Positions 12,620 to 23,262 of a stretch of DNA of 50,632 nucleotides are shown here, one piece after another. The DNA comes from Escherichia coli (GTDB lineage Bacteria > Pseudomonadota > Gammaproteobacteria > Enterobacterales > Enterobacteriaceae), in NCBI RefSeq assembly GCF_003334315.1, contig NZ_QOWR01000031.1; one strand, given 5' to 3'. The notes beneath the pieces are model-generated. The model made no database searches, was not told where the DNA came from, and was given only the letters and a program-made list of their open reading frames with translations. The position numbers and the translations under genes are program-made. Each line of letters begins with the position of its first letter. The first letter of the stretch is position 1.

Positions 12620-14260
12620 ATGGAATCTAATAATGGGGAAGCCAAAATCCAGAAAGTGAAGAACTGGTCTCCCGTGTGGATATTTCCTATCGTCACGGCG
12701 CTCATTGGGGCCTGGGTTCTTTTTTATCATTACAGCCATCAGGGACCGGAAGTGACCCTGATCACCGCGAATGCGGAAGGAATTGAAGGTGGCAAAACCA
12801 CCATTAAAAGCCGTAGCGTTGACGTCGGCGTGGTTGAAAGCGCCACACTGGCTGATGATTTGACGCACGTTGAAATCAAAGCGCGGCTGAATTCCGGTAT
12901 GGAAAAATTGCTGCATAAAGACACCGTCTTTTGGGTGGTGAAACCGCAGATTGGTCGCGAAGGGATTAGCGGCCTGGGAACGCTGCTGTCTGGAGTTTAT
13001 ATCGAACTGCAGCCAGGCGCGAAAGGCAGCAAAATGGATAAATACGATTTGCTGGACTCGCCACCGTTGGCCCCGCCTGATGCGAAAGGTATCCGTGTGA
13101 TTCTCGATAGCAAAAAAGCCGGGCAGCTCTCGCCAGGAGATCCGGTGCTGTTCCGTGGCTATCGGGTAGGTTCGGTTGAAACCAGCACCTTCGATACACA
13201 AAAACGCAATATCAGCTATCAACTGTTCATCAATGCACCTTATGACCGACTGGTGACCAACAATGTTCGCTTCTGGAAAGATAGTGGCATTGCGGTTGAT
13301 CTGACGTCAGCAGGGATGCGTGTGGAGATGGGCTCATTGACAACGCTGCTGAGTGGCGGTGTCAGCTTTGATGTGCCGGAAGGTCTGGATTTAGGGCAGC
13401 CAGTGGCACCGAAAACAGCTTTCGTTTTGTATGATGATCAGAAGAGCATTCAGGATTCGTTGTACACCGATCACATTGATTATCTGATGTTCTTTAAAGA
13501 TTCGGTACGCGGTCTGCAACCGGGAGCTCCGGTAGAGTTCCGGGGTATTCGCCTGGGTACCGTAAGCAAAGTGCCATTCTTTGCGCCGAATATGCGTCAG
13601 ACATTTAACGATGATTACCGTATTCCGGTACTGATTCGTATCGAGCCAGAGCGGCTGAAAATGCAGCTTGGCGAAAATGCGGATGTTGTTGAGCACCTTG
13701 GCGAATTGTTGAAACGTGGTTTACGCGGATCGCTGAAAACCGGAAACCTGGTCACTGGTGCACTGTATGTTGATCTCGATTTCTATCCAAATACGCCTGC
13801 AATAACCGGTATTCGTGAATTTAATGGTTATCAGATTATCCCGACCGTTAGCGGCGGCCTGGCGCAAATCCAGCAACGACTGATGGAAGCGTTGGATAAG
13901 ATCAACAAACTGCCATTGAATCCGATGATTGAACAGGCAACCAGTACGCTTTCTGAAAGTCAGCGCACAATGAAAAACCTGCAAACGACGCTGGATAGCA
14001 TGAACAAGATCCTCGCTAGCCAGTCGATGCAGCAGTTGCCGACGGATATGCAGTCAACGTTGCGTGAATTGAATCGCAGCATGCAGGGCTTCCAGCCTGG
14101 CTCCGCAGCCTACAACAAGATGGTGGCGGATATGCAGCGCCTTGATCAGGTGTTGCGAGAACTGCAACCGGTGCTGAAAACGCTCAATGAGAAGAGTAAC
14201 GCGCTGGTATTTGAAGCGAAGGACAAAAAAGATCCAGAGCCGAAGAGGGCGAAACAATGA
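12620..14260 (+). CDS. pqiB: MCE-domain protein PqiB
   Basis: Track ORF 12560..14260 trimmed to the ATG at 12620 (MESNNGEAKIQK...), 546 aa; begins 5 nt after the pqiA stop. Confidence 0.9.
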   Translation: MESNNGEAKIQKVKNWSPVWIFPIVTALIGAWVLFYHYSHQGPEVTLITANAEGIEGGKTTIKSRSVDVGVVESATLADDLTHVEIKARLNSGMEKLLHKDTVFWVVKPQIGREGISGLGTLLSGVYIELQPGAKGSKMDKYDLLDSPPLAPPDAKGIRVILDSKKAGQLSPGDPVLFRGYRVGSVETSTFDTQKRNISYQLFINAPYDRLVTNNVRFWKDSGIAVDLTSAGMRVEMGSLTTLLSGGVSFDVPEGLDLGQPVAPKTAFVLYDDQKSIQDSLYTDHIDYLMFFKDSVRGLQPGAPVEFRGIRLGTVSKVPFFAPNMRQTFNDDYRIPVLIRIEPERLKMQLGENADVVEHLGELLKRGLRGSLKTGNLVTGALYVDLDFYPNTPAITGIREFNGYQIIPTVSGGLAQIQQRLMEALDKINKLPLNPMIEQATSTLSESQRTMKNLQTTLDSMNKILASQSMQQLPTDMQSTLRELNRSMQGFQPGSAAYNKMVADMQRLDQVLRELQPVLKTLNEKSNALVFEAKDKKDPEPKRAKQ

Positions 14261-14820
14261 AAAAGTGGCTAGTGACGATTGCAGCACTGTGGCTGGCCGG
14301 ATGCAGCTCCGGCGAAATTAATAAAAACTATTACCAGTTACCTGTGGTGCAGAGCGGTACACAAAGTACCGCCAGCCAGGGCAATCGTCTGTTATGGGTA
14401 GAGCAGGTCACTGTTCCTGACTATCTGGCGGGGAATGGTGTGGTTTATCAAACCAGTGATGTGAAGTATGTGATTGCCAACAACAACTTGTGGGCCAGCC
14501 CGTTGGATCAACAGTTGCGCAACACCCTGGTTGCCAACCTGAGTACGCAACTGCCCGGCTGGGTGGTTGCCTCCCAGCCTCTGGGAAGCGCCCAGGACAC
14601 GCTCAATGTTACCGTAACGGAGTTTAACGGTCGCTATGATGGCAAGGTCATTGTCAGTGGTGAGTGGCTGTTGAACCACCAGGGACAACTGATCAAACGT
14701 CCGTTCCGTCTGGAAGGATTGCAAACTCAGGATGGTTACGATGAGATGGTTAAAGTGCTGGCCGGTGTCTGGAGTCAGGAAGCCGCTTCTATTGCACAAG
14801 AGATAAAGCGTCTACCTTAA
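14257..14820 (+). CDS. pqiC: Lipoprotein PqiC (YmbA)
   Basis: 187 aa with lipobox LAGC near the N-terminus; 4-nt overlap with pqiB. Confidence 0.9.
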   Translation: MKKWLVTIAALWLAGCSSGEINKNYYQLPVVQSGTQSTASQGNRLLWVEQVTVPDYLAGNGVVYQTSDVKYVIANNNLWASPLDQQLRNTLVANLSTQLPGWVVASQPLGSAQDTLNVTVTEFNGRYDGKVIVSGEWLLNHQGQLIKRPFRLEGLQTQDGYDEMVKVLAGVWSQEAASIAQEIKRLP

Positions 14821-15075
14821 TTATAAAGATTTGTAAATATAACCGTCTCCGGTATGTTGCCTGAGGCGGTTTTTTTGTCTCTAACGTGCGGAAAAATTTG
14901 TTCCTCTTCACATTTTTTGTACAACCGACATGCCCGTGTAGCTCACAAATATGACAGTGGCGTGAATTTTGCGCATTGACGGCAGTTATGATTCGCGGTA
15001 TTGCTTAACTGTGATTGCACATTTAGTAATCACTGTTTTCTTTTCCACCAGAAACCAGTATGAGGGAAACGAGGC

Positions 15076-15243
15076 ATGAAGAGACAAAAACGAGATCGCC
15101 TGGAACGGGCACATCAACGTGGTTATCAGGCCGGCATCGCCGGACGCTCAAAAGAAATGTGTCCCTATCAGACGCTGAATCAAAGGTCACAATGGCTGGG
15201 AGGCTGGCGAGAAGCCATGGCGGACAGGGTAGTAATGGCCTGA
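15076..15243 (+). CDS. rmf: Ribosome modulation factor (55 aa)
   Basis: ATG at 15076 translates as MKRQKRDRLERAHQRGYQAGIAGRSKEMCPYQTLNQRSQWLGGWREAMADRVVMA. Below the 60-aa cutoff, so absent from the track; the listed ORF 15060..15257 is in a different frame. Confidence 0.93.
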   Translation: MKRQKRDRLERAHQRGYQAGIAGRSKEMCPYQTLNQRSQWLGGWREAMADRVVMA

Positions 15244-15260
15244 TTCTGTCTCTTTAAAAA

Positions 15261-15291
15261 GAAACCTCCGCATTGCGGAGGTTTCGCCTTT
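15261..15291. terminator. Bidirectional rho-independent terminator between convergent rmf and fabA
   Basis: Hairpin AAACCTCCGC-ATT-GCGGAGGTTT with T-runs on both strands. Confidence 0.7.
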
Positions 15292-15312
15292 TGATACTCT
15301 GTCTGATTATAA

Positions 15313-15831
15313 TCAGAAGGCAGACGTATCCTGGAACAGACCGACTTTCAGGTCGCTGGCGGTATAGATCAGACGACCATCAACCAGCACTTCGCCATCC
15401 GCCAGGCCCATAATCAGACGACGGTTAACAATGCGTTTAAAGTGAATACGGTAGGTCACTTTTTTCGCTGTCGGCAGTACCTGACCAGTGAATTTCACTT
15501 CGCCAACGCCCAGCGCGCGGCCTTTACCTTCGCCGCCCAGCCAGCCGAGGTAGAACCCTACCAGCTGCCACATTGCGTCCAGGCCCAGGCATCCCGGCAT
15601 AACCGGATCGCCAATAAAGTGGCATCCGAAGAACCACAGATCCGGATTGATATCCAGTTCTGCTTCAACATACCCTTTGTCGAAGTTACCACCCGTTTCG
15701 GTCATTTTGACCACACGGTCCATCATCAGCATGTTCGGTGCTGGCAATTGCGGGCCTTTAGCGCCAAACAGTTCACCGCGACCAGAGGCAAGAAGGTCTT
15801 CTTTTGTATAGGATTCGCGTTTATCTACCAT
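15313..15831 (-). CDS. fabA: 3-hydroxydecanoyl-ACP dehydratase/isomerase FabA
   Basis: Track ORF 15313..16029 trimmed to the ATG at 15831 ([30 protein letters not shown]...), 172 aa. Confidence 0.95.
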
Positions 15832-15869
15832 GTTCTCTGTAAGCCTTATTTTATTGAAGCACGCAGGAT

Positions 15870-15905
15870 AGCTAACACGTGTACGCTGAACAAGTCCGAT
15901 CAGTT
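15870..15905 (-). promoter_or_regulatory. fabA promoter operators: FabR palindrome and adjacent FadR box
   Basis: Minus strand reads AACTGATCGGACTTGTTC (FadR-like box) followed by AGCGTACACGTGTTAGCT (FabR palindrome), matching the fabA promoter as I recall it. The block abuts the ycbZ stop codon. Confidence 0.65.
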
Positions 15906-17660
15906 CGGAATAAACCAGTTCAGCCAACGTAATGGCCATGGAAAACGGTGACGTCCTTCCTGTTGCGATGCTTGCGCGATACGTTCCTGGATGGTTTGCA
16001 TCAGCGTCGTTTGGCCTTCGCCATCCCACACCAGATTTAATAATAACGGCAGTGCGTCAGTCACATCGTCTACTGCCCAGATGGTGAATTTGCCTTCTTC
16101 TACCGCTTTCACCAGTTCACTGTGAATACTTAAATGGCGAACGTTAGCTGTGGGGATAATGACACCTTGTTTCCCGGTTAACTCACGTTGCTGGCAAATA
16201 GCAAAGAAGCCTTCGATTTTCTCATTTAAACCACCGACCGGCTGGGCGCGACCGAACTGATCGACTGAACCTGTGATAGCGATACTCTGATTCACCGGCA
16301 CATCGGCGAGGGCGCTTATCAGGGCGCAGAGTTCAGCCATCGAGGCACTATCTCCATCAACTTCACTGTATGACTGCTCAAATGTCAGCGATGCTGAGAA
16401 GGGGATCTGTTGCTCAAGCTGTAGTTCCGACATCAGGAACGCTTGCATGATCATCATCCCTTTCGCATGGATATTGCCGCCAAGCTCCGCTTTGCGTTCG
16501 ATGTCGGTGAATTCACCATCGCCAATATGCACAACGCAGCTAATGCGAGAAGGTTCGCCAAAAGCGCGTGGATGACCCGGAAATTCAATGACCGAAAGGG
16601 CGTTAATTTGCCCGATGCGTTCGCCTTCGGTTTCAATCAGGATTTGCTCCTGAAGGATCTCATCCTGCATACGTTCAGCGAGGAAACCTTCGCGCCATTC
16701 ACGCTGCTGCAGCATTAAGTTTAGCTGCTCGCCGGAGAAGGTGTCGCCATCACACAGGGAGGCGACCTCTTTACACTGGCGGAGGATCCACTGCGGGCTA
16801 AGCGGAAGTGTTTCTTGTTCACCGGTGTAGCGTGCTGCTTCGCGGATAAGTATCGGCCAGGCATCCGCTCCCGGTGCAGGTAAGTGATTATGTCTGGCGG
16901 TAAATGTCACCCAGCGACACCACTGGGTTACTGACTCCGCATCGACAATCTGCAGAGTATCTTCAAATTCGCTATAAATAGCCTGCTCTGAAAGCTCTGG
17001 CTCCATCTCCTGGAAATCAGCCAATGATTCGCGTTCGCCTACCAGAATGACTTTCAGCTTCAATGGCATCGAAGGCACAGAGACGGGGAGAGGGCGCGAC
17101 TCATCAAACGCAACCCAGTCAAAACGCTCGCGGTTAACGATATTTTTCAGCCGCATCCACAGCAGAGGTTGCGCCAGCAGTGTACGCAAAGAGATGATGA
17201 GAATACCGCCATTTGCCTGATGCACCAGACCAGGCTGCAGGGTAATGTCGCCATTAAACTGGCGCAGGCAGCCAAAGAGTTGCTCCGCTTCTACCCAGTC
17301 GGCAGCGACAACTTGCGTTAAAGTCGCAAAATTATCATCTGCACTCACTGCGTGACGTAAGCGGATGGAGTGGCCGGAAACCTCATAGTGACCGCCCACC
17401 AGTTGGCCTGCATCGCTTTGTAGCGTACGCGCGGCATTGGCAATAAGATTCAGATACTCAGACTCTTCCGGGGCCTTCGCCAGCATAAAAGAGGAGGATG
17501 CTCGCGTATGCAGCAACTGCTCCAGCGCAAATTGCAGCCGCGGTTGAGTATCACTGAATAAAGGATCGTTTTCGTCAATCAAATGTGGCTGAGCAAATAT
17601 TTCCTGATAGCTATCGGTATCAGGAACCAGGTCACGCCATGCAAGTTTCGTAATGGTCAA
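15900..17660 (-). CDS. ycbZ: Lon-like protease homologue YcbZ (LonH)
   Basis: 586 aa; C-terminal Lon proteolytic-domain signature around GDSASMAE; no Walker A motif found by eye. Confidence 0.88.
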
Positions 17661-17845
17661 AGTTGATGTTTTTTAGTCTGTTGTCAAAGCCGCGATTATA
17701 CCGTAACCGGCACTACAGCACACGTAGAAAGCACCGACAATACTCCTGGCATGGGCGTTAAAGCTCACAGGATGGAGATTCTTTTCTTCACTGGCCTAAA
17801 AAGCTGATATTCTGTAAAGAGTTACACGGTAACATTGAGATCGCT

Positions 17846-18298
17846 ATGAAATATCAACAACTTGAAAATCTTGAAAGCGGTTGGAAATGGAAGTATCTGG
17901 TTAAGAAGCATCGCGAAGGGGAGTTAATCACCCGTTACATAGAAGCCAGTGCCGCCCAGGAAGCCGTCGATGTGTTGCTCTCGCTGGAAAATGAACCCGT
18001 GCTGGTAAATGGCTGGATTGACAAGCATATGAATCCGGAACTGGTCAATCGCATGAAGCAAACCATTCGGGCAAGACGAAAGCGCCATTTTAATGCGGAA
18101 CACCAGCATACGCGCAAAAAATCGATCGATCTGGAATTTATTGTCTGGCAACGTCTGGCTGGTCTTGCGCAGCGTCGCGGTAAAACGCTTTCTGAAACGA
18201 TTGTTCAGCTGATTGAAGATGCGGAAAACAAAGAGAAATACGCGAATAAAATGTCTTCTCTGAAGCAGGATCTGCAGGCATTGCTGGGTAAGGAATAA
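17846..18298 (+). CDS. matP: Macrodomain Ter protein MatP
   Basis: 150-aa [38 protein letters not shown]... matching MatP. Confidence 0.92.
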
Positions 18299-18328
18299 CT
18301 GACGAAAGTCAGTTCAATTTACTAAAGG

Positions 18329-18358
18329 CAAAAAAAACCCCGCAGCAGCGGGGTTTTT
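18329..18358. terminator. Bidirectional rho-independent terminator between convergent matP and ompA
   Basis: A-run, hairpin CCCCGC-AGCA-GCGGGG, T-run. Confidence 0.8.
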
Positions 18359-18373
18359 CTACCAGACGAGAAC

Positions 18374-19414
18374 TTAAGCCTGCGGCTGAGTTACAACGTC
18401 TTTGATACCTTTAACTTCGATCTCTACGCGACGATCCGGAGCCAGGCAGTCGATCAGTGCAGCACGCTGTTTCACGTTGTCACAGGTGTTGCCAGTAACC
18501 GGGTTGGATTCGCCCATACCACGTGCGGAGATCTTGTCTGCCGGGATACCTTTGGAGATCAGGTAATCAACAACAGACTGAGCACGGCGCTCGGACAGAC
18601 CCTGGTTGTAAGCGTCAGAACCGATGCGGTCGGTGTAACCCAGAACAACTACGGAACCGTCTTTCGGATCCAGGTTGCTCAGCTGGCTGTACAGCTGATC
18701 CAGAGCAGCCTGACCTTCCGGTTTCAGGGTTGCTTTGTTGAAGTTGAACAGAACGTCAGACTTCAGAGTGAAGTGCTTGGTCTGTACTTCCGGTGCCGGA
18801 GCTGGAGCCGGAGCAACTACTGGAGCTGCTTCGCCCTGACCGAAACGGTAGGAAACACCCAGGCTCAGCATGCCGTTGTCCGGACGAGTGCCGATGGTGT
18901 GTGCGTCACCGATGTTGTTGGTCCACTGGTATTCCAGACGGGTAGCGATTTCAGGAGTGATCGCGTACTCAACACCGCCAGCGAAGACCGGAGAAACGCC
19001 GGTGTCGTGGTTTTTACCATAAACGTTGGATTTAGTGTCTGCACGCCATACCATGCCACCCAGACGAGTGTAGATGTCCAGGTCGTCAGTGATTGGGTAA
19101 CCCAGTTTAGCGGTCAGTTGAACGCCCTGAGCTTTGTATGCACCGTTTTCAACGCTGCCTTTGTACGGCATACGACCTAACCAGTCGTAACCCATTTCAA
19201 AGCCAACATACGGGTTAACCTGGTAACCACCAAAAGCACCAGCGCCCAGTTGGTTTTCATGGGTCGGGCCATTGTTGTTGATGAAACCAGTGTCATGGTA
19301 CTGGGACCAGCCCAGTTTAGCACCAGTGTACCAGGTGTTATCTTTCGGAGCGGCCTGCGCTACGGTAGCGAAACCAGCCAGTGCCACTGCAATCGCGATA
19401 GCTGTCTTTTTCAT
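18374..19414 (-). CDS. ompA: Outer membrane protein A
   Basis: Track ORF trimmed to the ATG at 19414 ([21 protein letters not shown] signal peptide); APAPAPAP hinge and C-terminal OmpA domain; 346 aa. Confidence 0.97.
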
Positions 19415-19770
19415 TTTTTGCGCCTCGTTATCATCCAAAATACGCCATGAATATCTCCAACGAGATAACACGGTTAAATCCTTCACCGGGGGATCTGCTC
19501 AATATTAACTCTACCGATATCTTCGGCTTATGCCGAGCACCCCTGGCGATGTAAAGTCTACAACGTAGTTGAAAACTTACAAGTGTGAACTCCGTCAGGC
19601 ATATGAAAAAAAAGTCTTGTATAAGGTATGTTTAATCTTTTTTGTCAGCGACAATTTACAGAAGAGAATCGCGGAAACCGCTTCAGACAAGCCTCCGCAA
19701 GGAAAATTAGTCACGACTGAAAGCATTGGCTGGGCGACAAAAAAAGTTCCAGGATTAATCCTAAATTTAC

Positions 19771-20280
19771 TTAATGATACAAATTAGAGTGAATTTTTAG
19801 CTCGGAAAGTTGTCTCGTGGCGTGAGAGGATGCGCTTACCGGACGCATAATAAACCCCATAGCGTTACCTTCATTTGCCGCATCAACAAGTTCAGCATGC
19901 TCTTCTTCAGTCAAATCATCTGCCAACCAACCGATCACCACACTGTAATTGCCCGTGCGTAAAGCGCGAACCATTGACTCCACAGTGTGGCAAGGGGAGA
20001 GCTGGCTAATCTGCATTACTTTCGTTAAGGGTAGCCCAGATGCCTGAACCCATTCCCGACTCAGTTTTTGTTGCGGTGTTAACCAGAGTTGCCAGCGCGA
20101 TTGCTGACCGAGTTGCTGTAACAATGGCAACAGTAGAAGTTGCGTCATCATGGGCTGATCTTCGCGATAGACAACTTCACTGATAAGCCCGGCTGTAGTG
20201 TTTTCCGTAGAGACACGCGCAATTTTACTTGCTGCGGATGAGAACGACGAAGAACGATGTGCATAGCCTGAAGTGTACAT
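19771..20280 (-). CDS. sulA: SOS cell-division inhibitor SulA
   Basis: Translation [54 protein letters not shown]...; LexA box immediately upstream. Confidence 0.95.
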   Translation of the reverse strand: MYTSGYAHRSSSFSSAASKIARVSTENTTAGLISEVVYREDQPMMTQLLLLPLLQQLGQQSRWQLWLTPQQKLSREWVQASGLPLTKVMQISQLSPCHTVESMVRALRTGNYSVVIGWLADDLTEEEHAELVDAANEGNAMGFIMRPVSASSHATRQLSELKIHSNLYH

Positions 20281-20303
20281 AATCAATCCAGCCCCTGTGA
20301 GTT

Positions 20304-20323
20304 ACTGTATGGATGTACAGTAC
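20304..20323 (-). promoter_or_regulatory. LexA operator (SOS box) of sulA
   Basis: TACTGTATGGATGTACAGTA: perfect CTGT-N8-ACAG palindrome 24 nt upstream of the sulA start. Confidence 0.85.
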
Positions 20324-20498
20324 ATCCAGTGACAACAAAGATCAACCCTATTTTCGGAAAGAGCCTCGCAAATTTTGTCGTTGGTGACGGGAAAACATAA
20401 ATTAATCTTGCCCCTTAAGAATAAGTTGCCTATTTTCGTAGTTAACGGATCCGTTAATGTGAATCATTCTTTTATGTTATGATTTTAAAAGGAATTTT

Positions 20499-21128
20499 AT
20501 GAAAAGCCTCTCCTATAAGCGGATCTATAAATCACAAGAATACCTGGCAACGTTGGGCACAATTGAATACCGATCATTGTTTGGCAGTTACAGCCTGACC
20601 GTTGACGACACGGTGTTTGCGATGGTTTCTGATGGTGAGTTGTATCTTCGGGCTTGTGAGCAAAGTGCACAGTACTGTGTAAAACATCCGCCTGTCTGGC
20701 TGACATATAAAAAGTGTGGCCGATCCGTTACCCTCAATTACTATCGGGTTGATGAAAGTCTATGGCGAAATCAACTGAAGCTGGTGCGTCTGTCGAAATA
20801 TTCTCTCGATGCAGCGCTGAAAGAGAAAAGCACGCGCAATACCCGGGAAAGACTGAAAGATTTGCCCAATATGTCTTTTCATCTGGAAGCGATTCTCGGG
20901 GAGGTGGGGATTAAGGATGTACGGGCGTTACGTATACTTGGGGCAAAAATGTGTTGGTTGCGACTGCGGCAGCAAAACAGTCTGGTGACAGAAAAGATTC
21001 TGTTTATGCTTGAAGGTGCCATTATCGGCATTCATGAAGCTGCGCTCCCGGTGGCACGCCGCCAGGAGCTTGCAGAATGGGCTGACTCTCTTACGCCGAA
21101 ACAGGAGTTTCCTGCGGAACTTGAGTAA
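20499..21128 (+). CDS. sxy: Competence regulator Sxy (TfoX)
   Basis: 209-aa ORF divergent from sulA; sequence matches Sxy/TfoX as recalled. Confidence 0.88.
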   Translation: MKSLSYKRIYKSQEYLATLGTIEYRSLFGSYSLTVDDTVFAMVSDGELYLRACEQSAQYCVKHPPVWLTYKKCGRSVTLNYYRVDESLWRNQLKLVRLSKYSLDAALKEKSTRNTRERLKDLPNMSFHLEAILGEVGIKDVRALRILGAKMCWLRLRQQNSLVTEKILFMLEGAIIGIHEAALPVARRQELAEWADSLTPKQEFPAELE

Positions 21129-23244
21129 TCTGGCGTTGCAGACGACCAATCTCAGGCAGTAATGCAATCAATAATCCAACTTGTTGTACGACCAGAGGTT
21201 CTTTGCTGTCTGCCCGTGGTTCAAGTTGCTGCATCCGCTGTTTCAGGCTAGCTAATGCCTCATTGACGCGTTCTTCATCAGCAGGTTGATGATGTAACGC
21301 GTCATCAACATAGCAAACTGCGTCATCAAGAAACGCCAGAATTTCAGGATTAGTTAACTGCTCCCGGTGAGCACCGAGGGCTGAGATATAGCTGGTAAAC
21401 GTATGGTTAAGGCACAGCAACCGAAACGCGGCTTCGCGAATTTGCGGGGTAACGTTCGGCTCGCTGGACATATTTGATACCACCGACGCCAGCTCAGCAT
21501 CACGGTTGTGTGCATCGCGGCGGGCAATACGATACGCCAGACGGTTATCACGCCCCTGATGGTATTGCTCCAGTATGGCATCGAGATACCGACAGTTGGC
21601 CTCTGTGGCGCGTTCGAGCATGCGCGGCAGATTGCGAAACTGCCAGTCAGGCCAGATGTAGCTCACTGCCGCCCACGCAATGGCACAACCAATCAGCGTA
21701 TCGATTACGCGAGGTAACGCTACTTCAAAACCTTCACCCAGTAAGTTAAAACACAGTAGCACCAAAAGTGTGATGAACATCGTTGCATGAGCGTATTGCA
21801 CGTTACGGAAGGCAAAAAAGAGCACGCCGGTAATAACCAGCAGCACCAGCTGCCCTTCCAGTGATGGCACAAACCACAGCACAGGAATGCCAATGGCGAT
21901 ACCTACCAGCGTACCAATAATCCTTAACTTCAGGCGGTGGCGCGTGGCGTTATAGTTTGGCTGGCAGACAAACAAACTTGTCAGCAAGATCCAATACCCG
22001 TGATGCATTCCGGTTATCTGAATGATGGCGTAGCCGAAGCACAACACCAGCGACATTCTTACCGCATGACGGAAGAGGGCGGATTCCGGCGTGAAGTGAC
22101 GGCTAAGACGCAGCCAGATATCACTCAACCCGTGCGGGCTGTCATCAGCGAGCTCATTTTCGTCATTATTATGGGGTAGTGCCTGGGCCTGTTCTGATTC
22201 AATTGTTGCCAGTTGGGCATCAATGGCGCGTAAATTGTTCAGCAAAAATCCCAGTGTTTTGAGTAAATCGGCGGGTGCGCCGTTATCGCGCATCCGCTCC
22301 AGCGCAGCATCAATATGCGTAAAAGCGCGCTCAAAATGCGGATCATGTTGATAAGGCTGACGCAACAAAATACAGCGTGACAGTTGCTGGCACGCCTGGC
22401 CCTGCATCGACATCAGCCGCTGAAAACGGAACAGCACGTCGCTGTGGCGAAAATGTTCACGCAATGTTTGATACTGAATATGAGAAGAGCTGGCACGCTC
22501 GTGAATATCCTGTGCGACAAAGTAATAATGCAGCGTGCGACGCGTTCCCCGTTGACCACGATCGCCACGTAAGCGGGTCAGCAGCGAGAGTTTCGTCTGA
22601 TTCAATGTCGCCATCAGCAGACCGTTGGCGAGAGCCAAATCGTACAGCGGTGCCTGGCTTTGATCTTCAATATCAGGATCAAACATGCGCGACTTGAGCT
22701 CAAGATAACGCGCCAGTTGTTCATAGCAACGCGCCAGGTTGTCCTGCAGCGGGCGGACCGGGAACAGCAGATGACCAATAAGTGTCAGGACGTTGTACCA
22801 GACGGCACCGGCCAGCAGATACATCGGCTGCTGATACCAGTGCTCATACAGTGATGTTCCCAACATAGTGTAAATGGCGATCAGCAATGCACCGAAGGCA
22901 ATTGTTGCATAGCGTTGACCCAGACCGCCGAGCAAAATGAAGCCGCTGGTAGAGAGCGTTAAGCCAATCGCAAATAGCCAGGGCCAGGGAAACAGCAATT
23001 CTACTGAGGCCGAGGCGATAAAAAAGCAGAACAGCGTAATGATGAGGTTACGCAAACGTCCCGCCAGTCGGTCATCGAGATCGGTCAGCGCCGCTGCCAC
23101 CATCCCCAGCGTTAGCGGAATCGTCAGTTTTACATCACCCAGCCACCACGGAAACGCTGTGGTTCCACAAAGCGCAATAAAAATACGCGCGTAATACAGC
23201 CAGGCGCTGTTCCAGGTATAGCGTTTGAGCAAAGGACTTAGCAT
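21091..23244 (-). CDS. yccS: Inner membrane protein YccS (putative transporter/efflux family)
   Basis: About 717 aa with two blocks of TM helices separated by a soluble region. Start may be 23253 (ATG three codons upstream); 3' end overlaps the sxy 3' end. Confidence 0.85.
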   Translation of the reverse strand: MLSPLLKRYTWNSAWLYYARIFIALCGTTAFPWWLGDVKLTIPLTLGMVAAALTDLDDRLAGRLRNLIITLFCFFIASASVELLFPWPWLFAIGLTLSTSGFILLGGLGQRYATIAFGALLIAIYTMLGTSLYEHWYQQPMYLLAGAVWYNVLTLIGHLLFPVRPLQDNLARCYEQLARYLELKSRMFDPDIEDQSQAPLYDLALANGLLMATLNQTKLSLLTRLRGDRGQRGTRRTLHYYFVAQDIHERASSSHIQYQTLREHFRHSDVLFRFQRLMSMQGQACQQLSRCILLRQPYQHDPHFERAFTHIDAALERMRDNGAPADLLKTLGFLLNNLRAIDAQLATIESEQAQALPHNNDENELADDSPHGLSDIWLRLSRHFTPESALFRHAVRMSLVLCFGYAIIQITGMHHGYWILLTSLFVCQPNYNATRHRLKLRIIGTLVGIAIGIPVLWFVPSLEGQLVLLVITGVLFFAFRNVQYAHATMFITLLVLLCFNLLGEGFEVALPRVIDTLIGCAIAWAAVSYIWPDWQFRNLPRMLERATEANCRYLDAILEQYHQGRDNRLAYRIARRDAHNRDAELASVVSNMSSEPNVTPQIREAAFRLLCLNHTFTSYISALGAHREQLTNPEILAFLDDAVCYVDDALHHQPADEERVNEALASLKQRMQQLEPRADSKEPLVVQQVGLLIALLPEIGRLQRQITQVPQETPVSA

Positions 23245-23262
23245 AAAGGCCATATTAGTGGA

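Noticed and set aside
15060-15257. 65-aa ORF from the track over the rmf locus
   Set aside because: Wrong frame; the true gene is rmf at 15076..15243.
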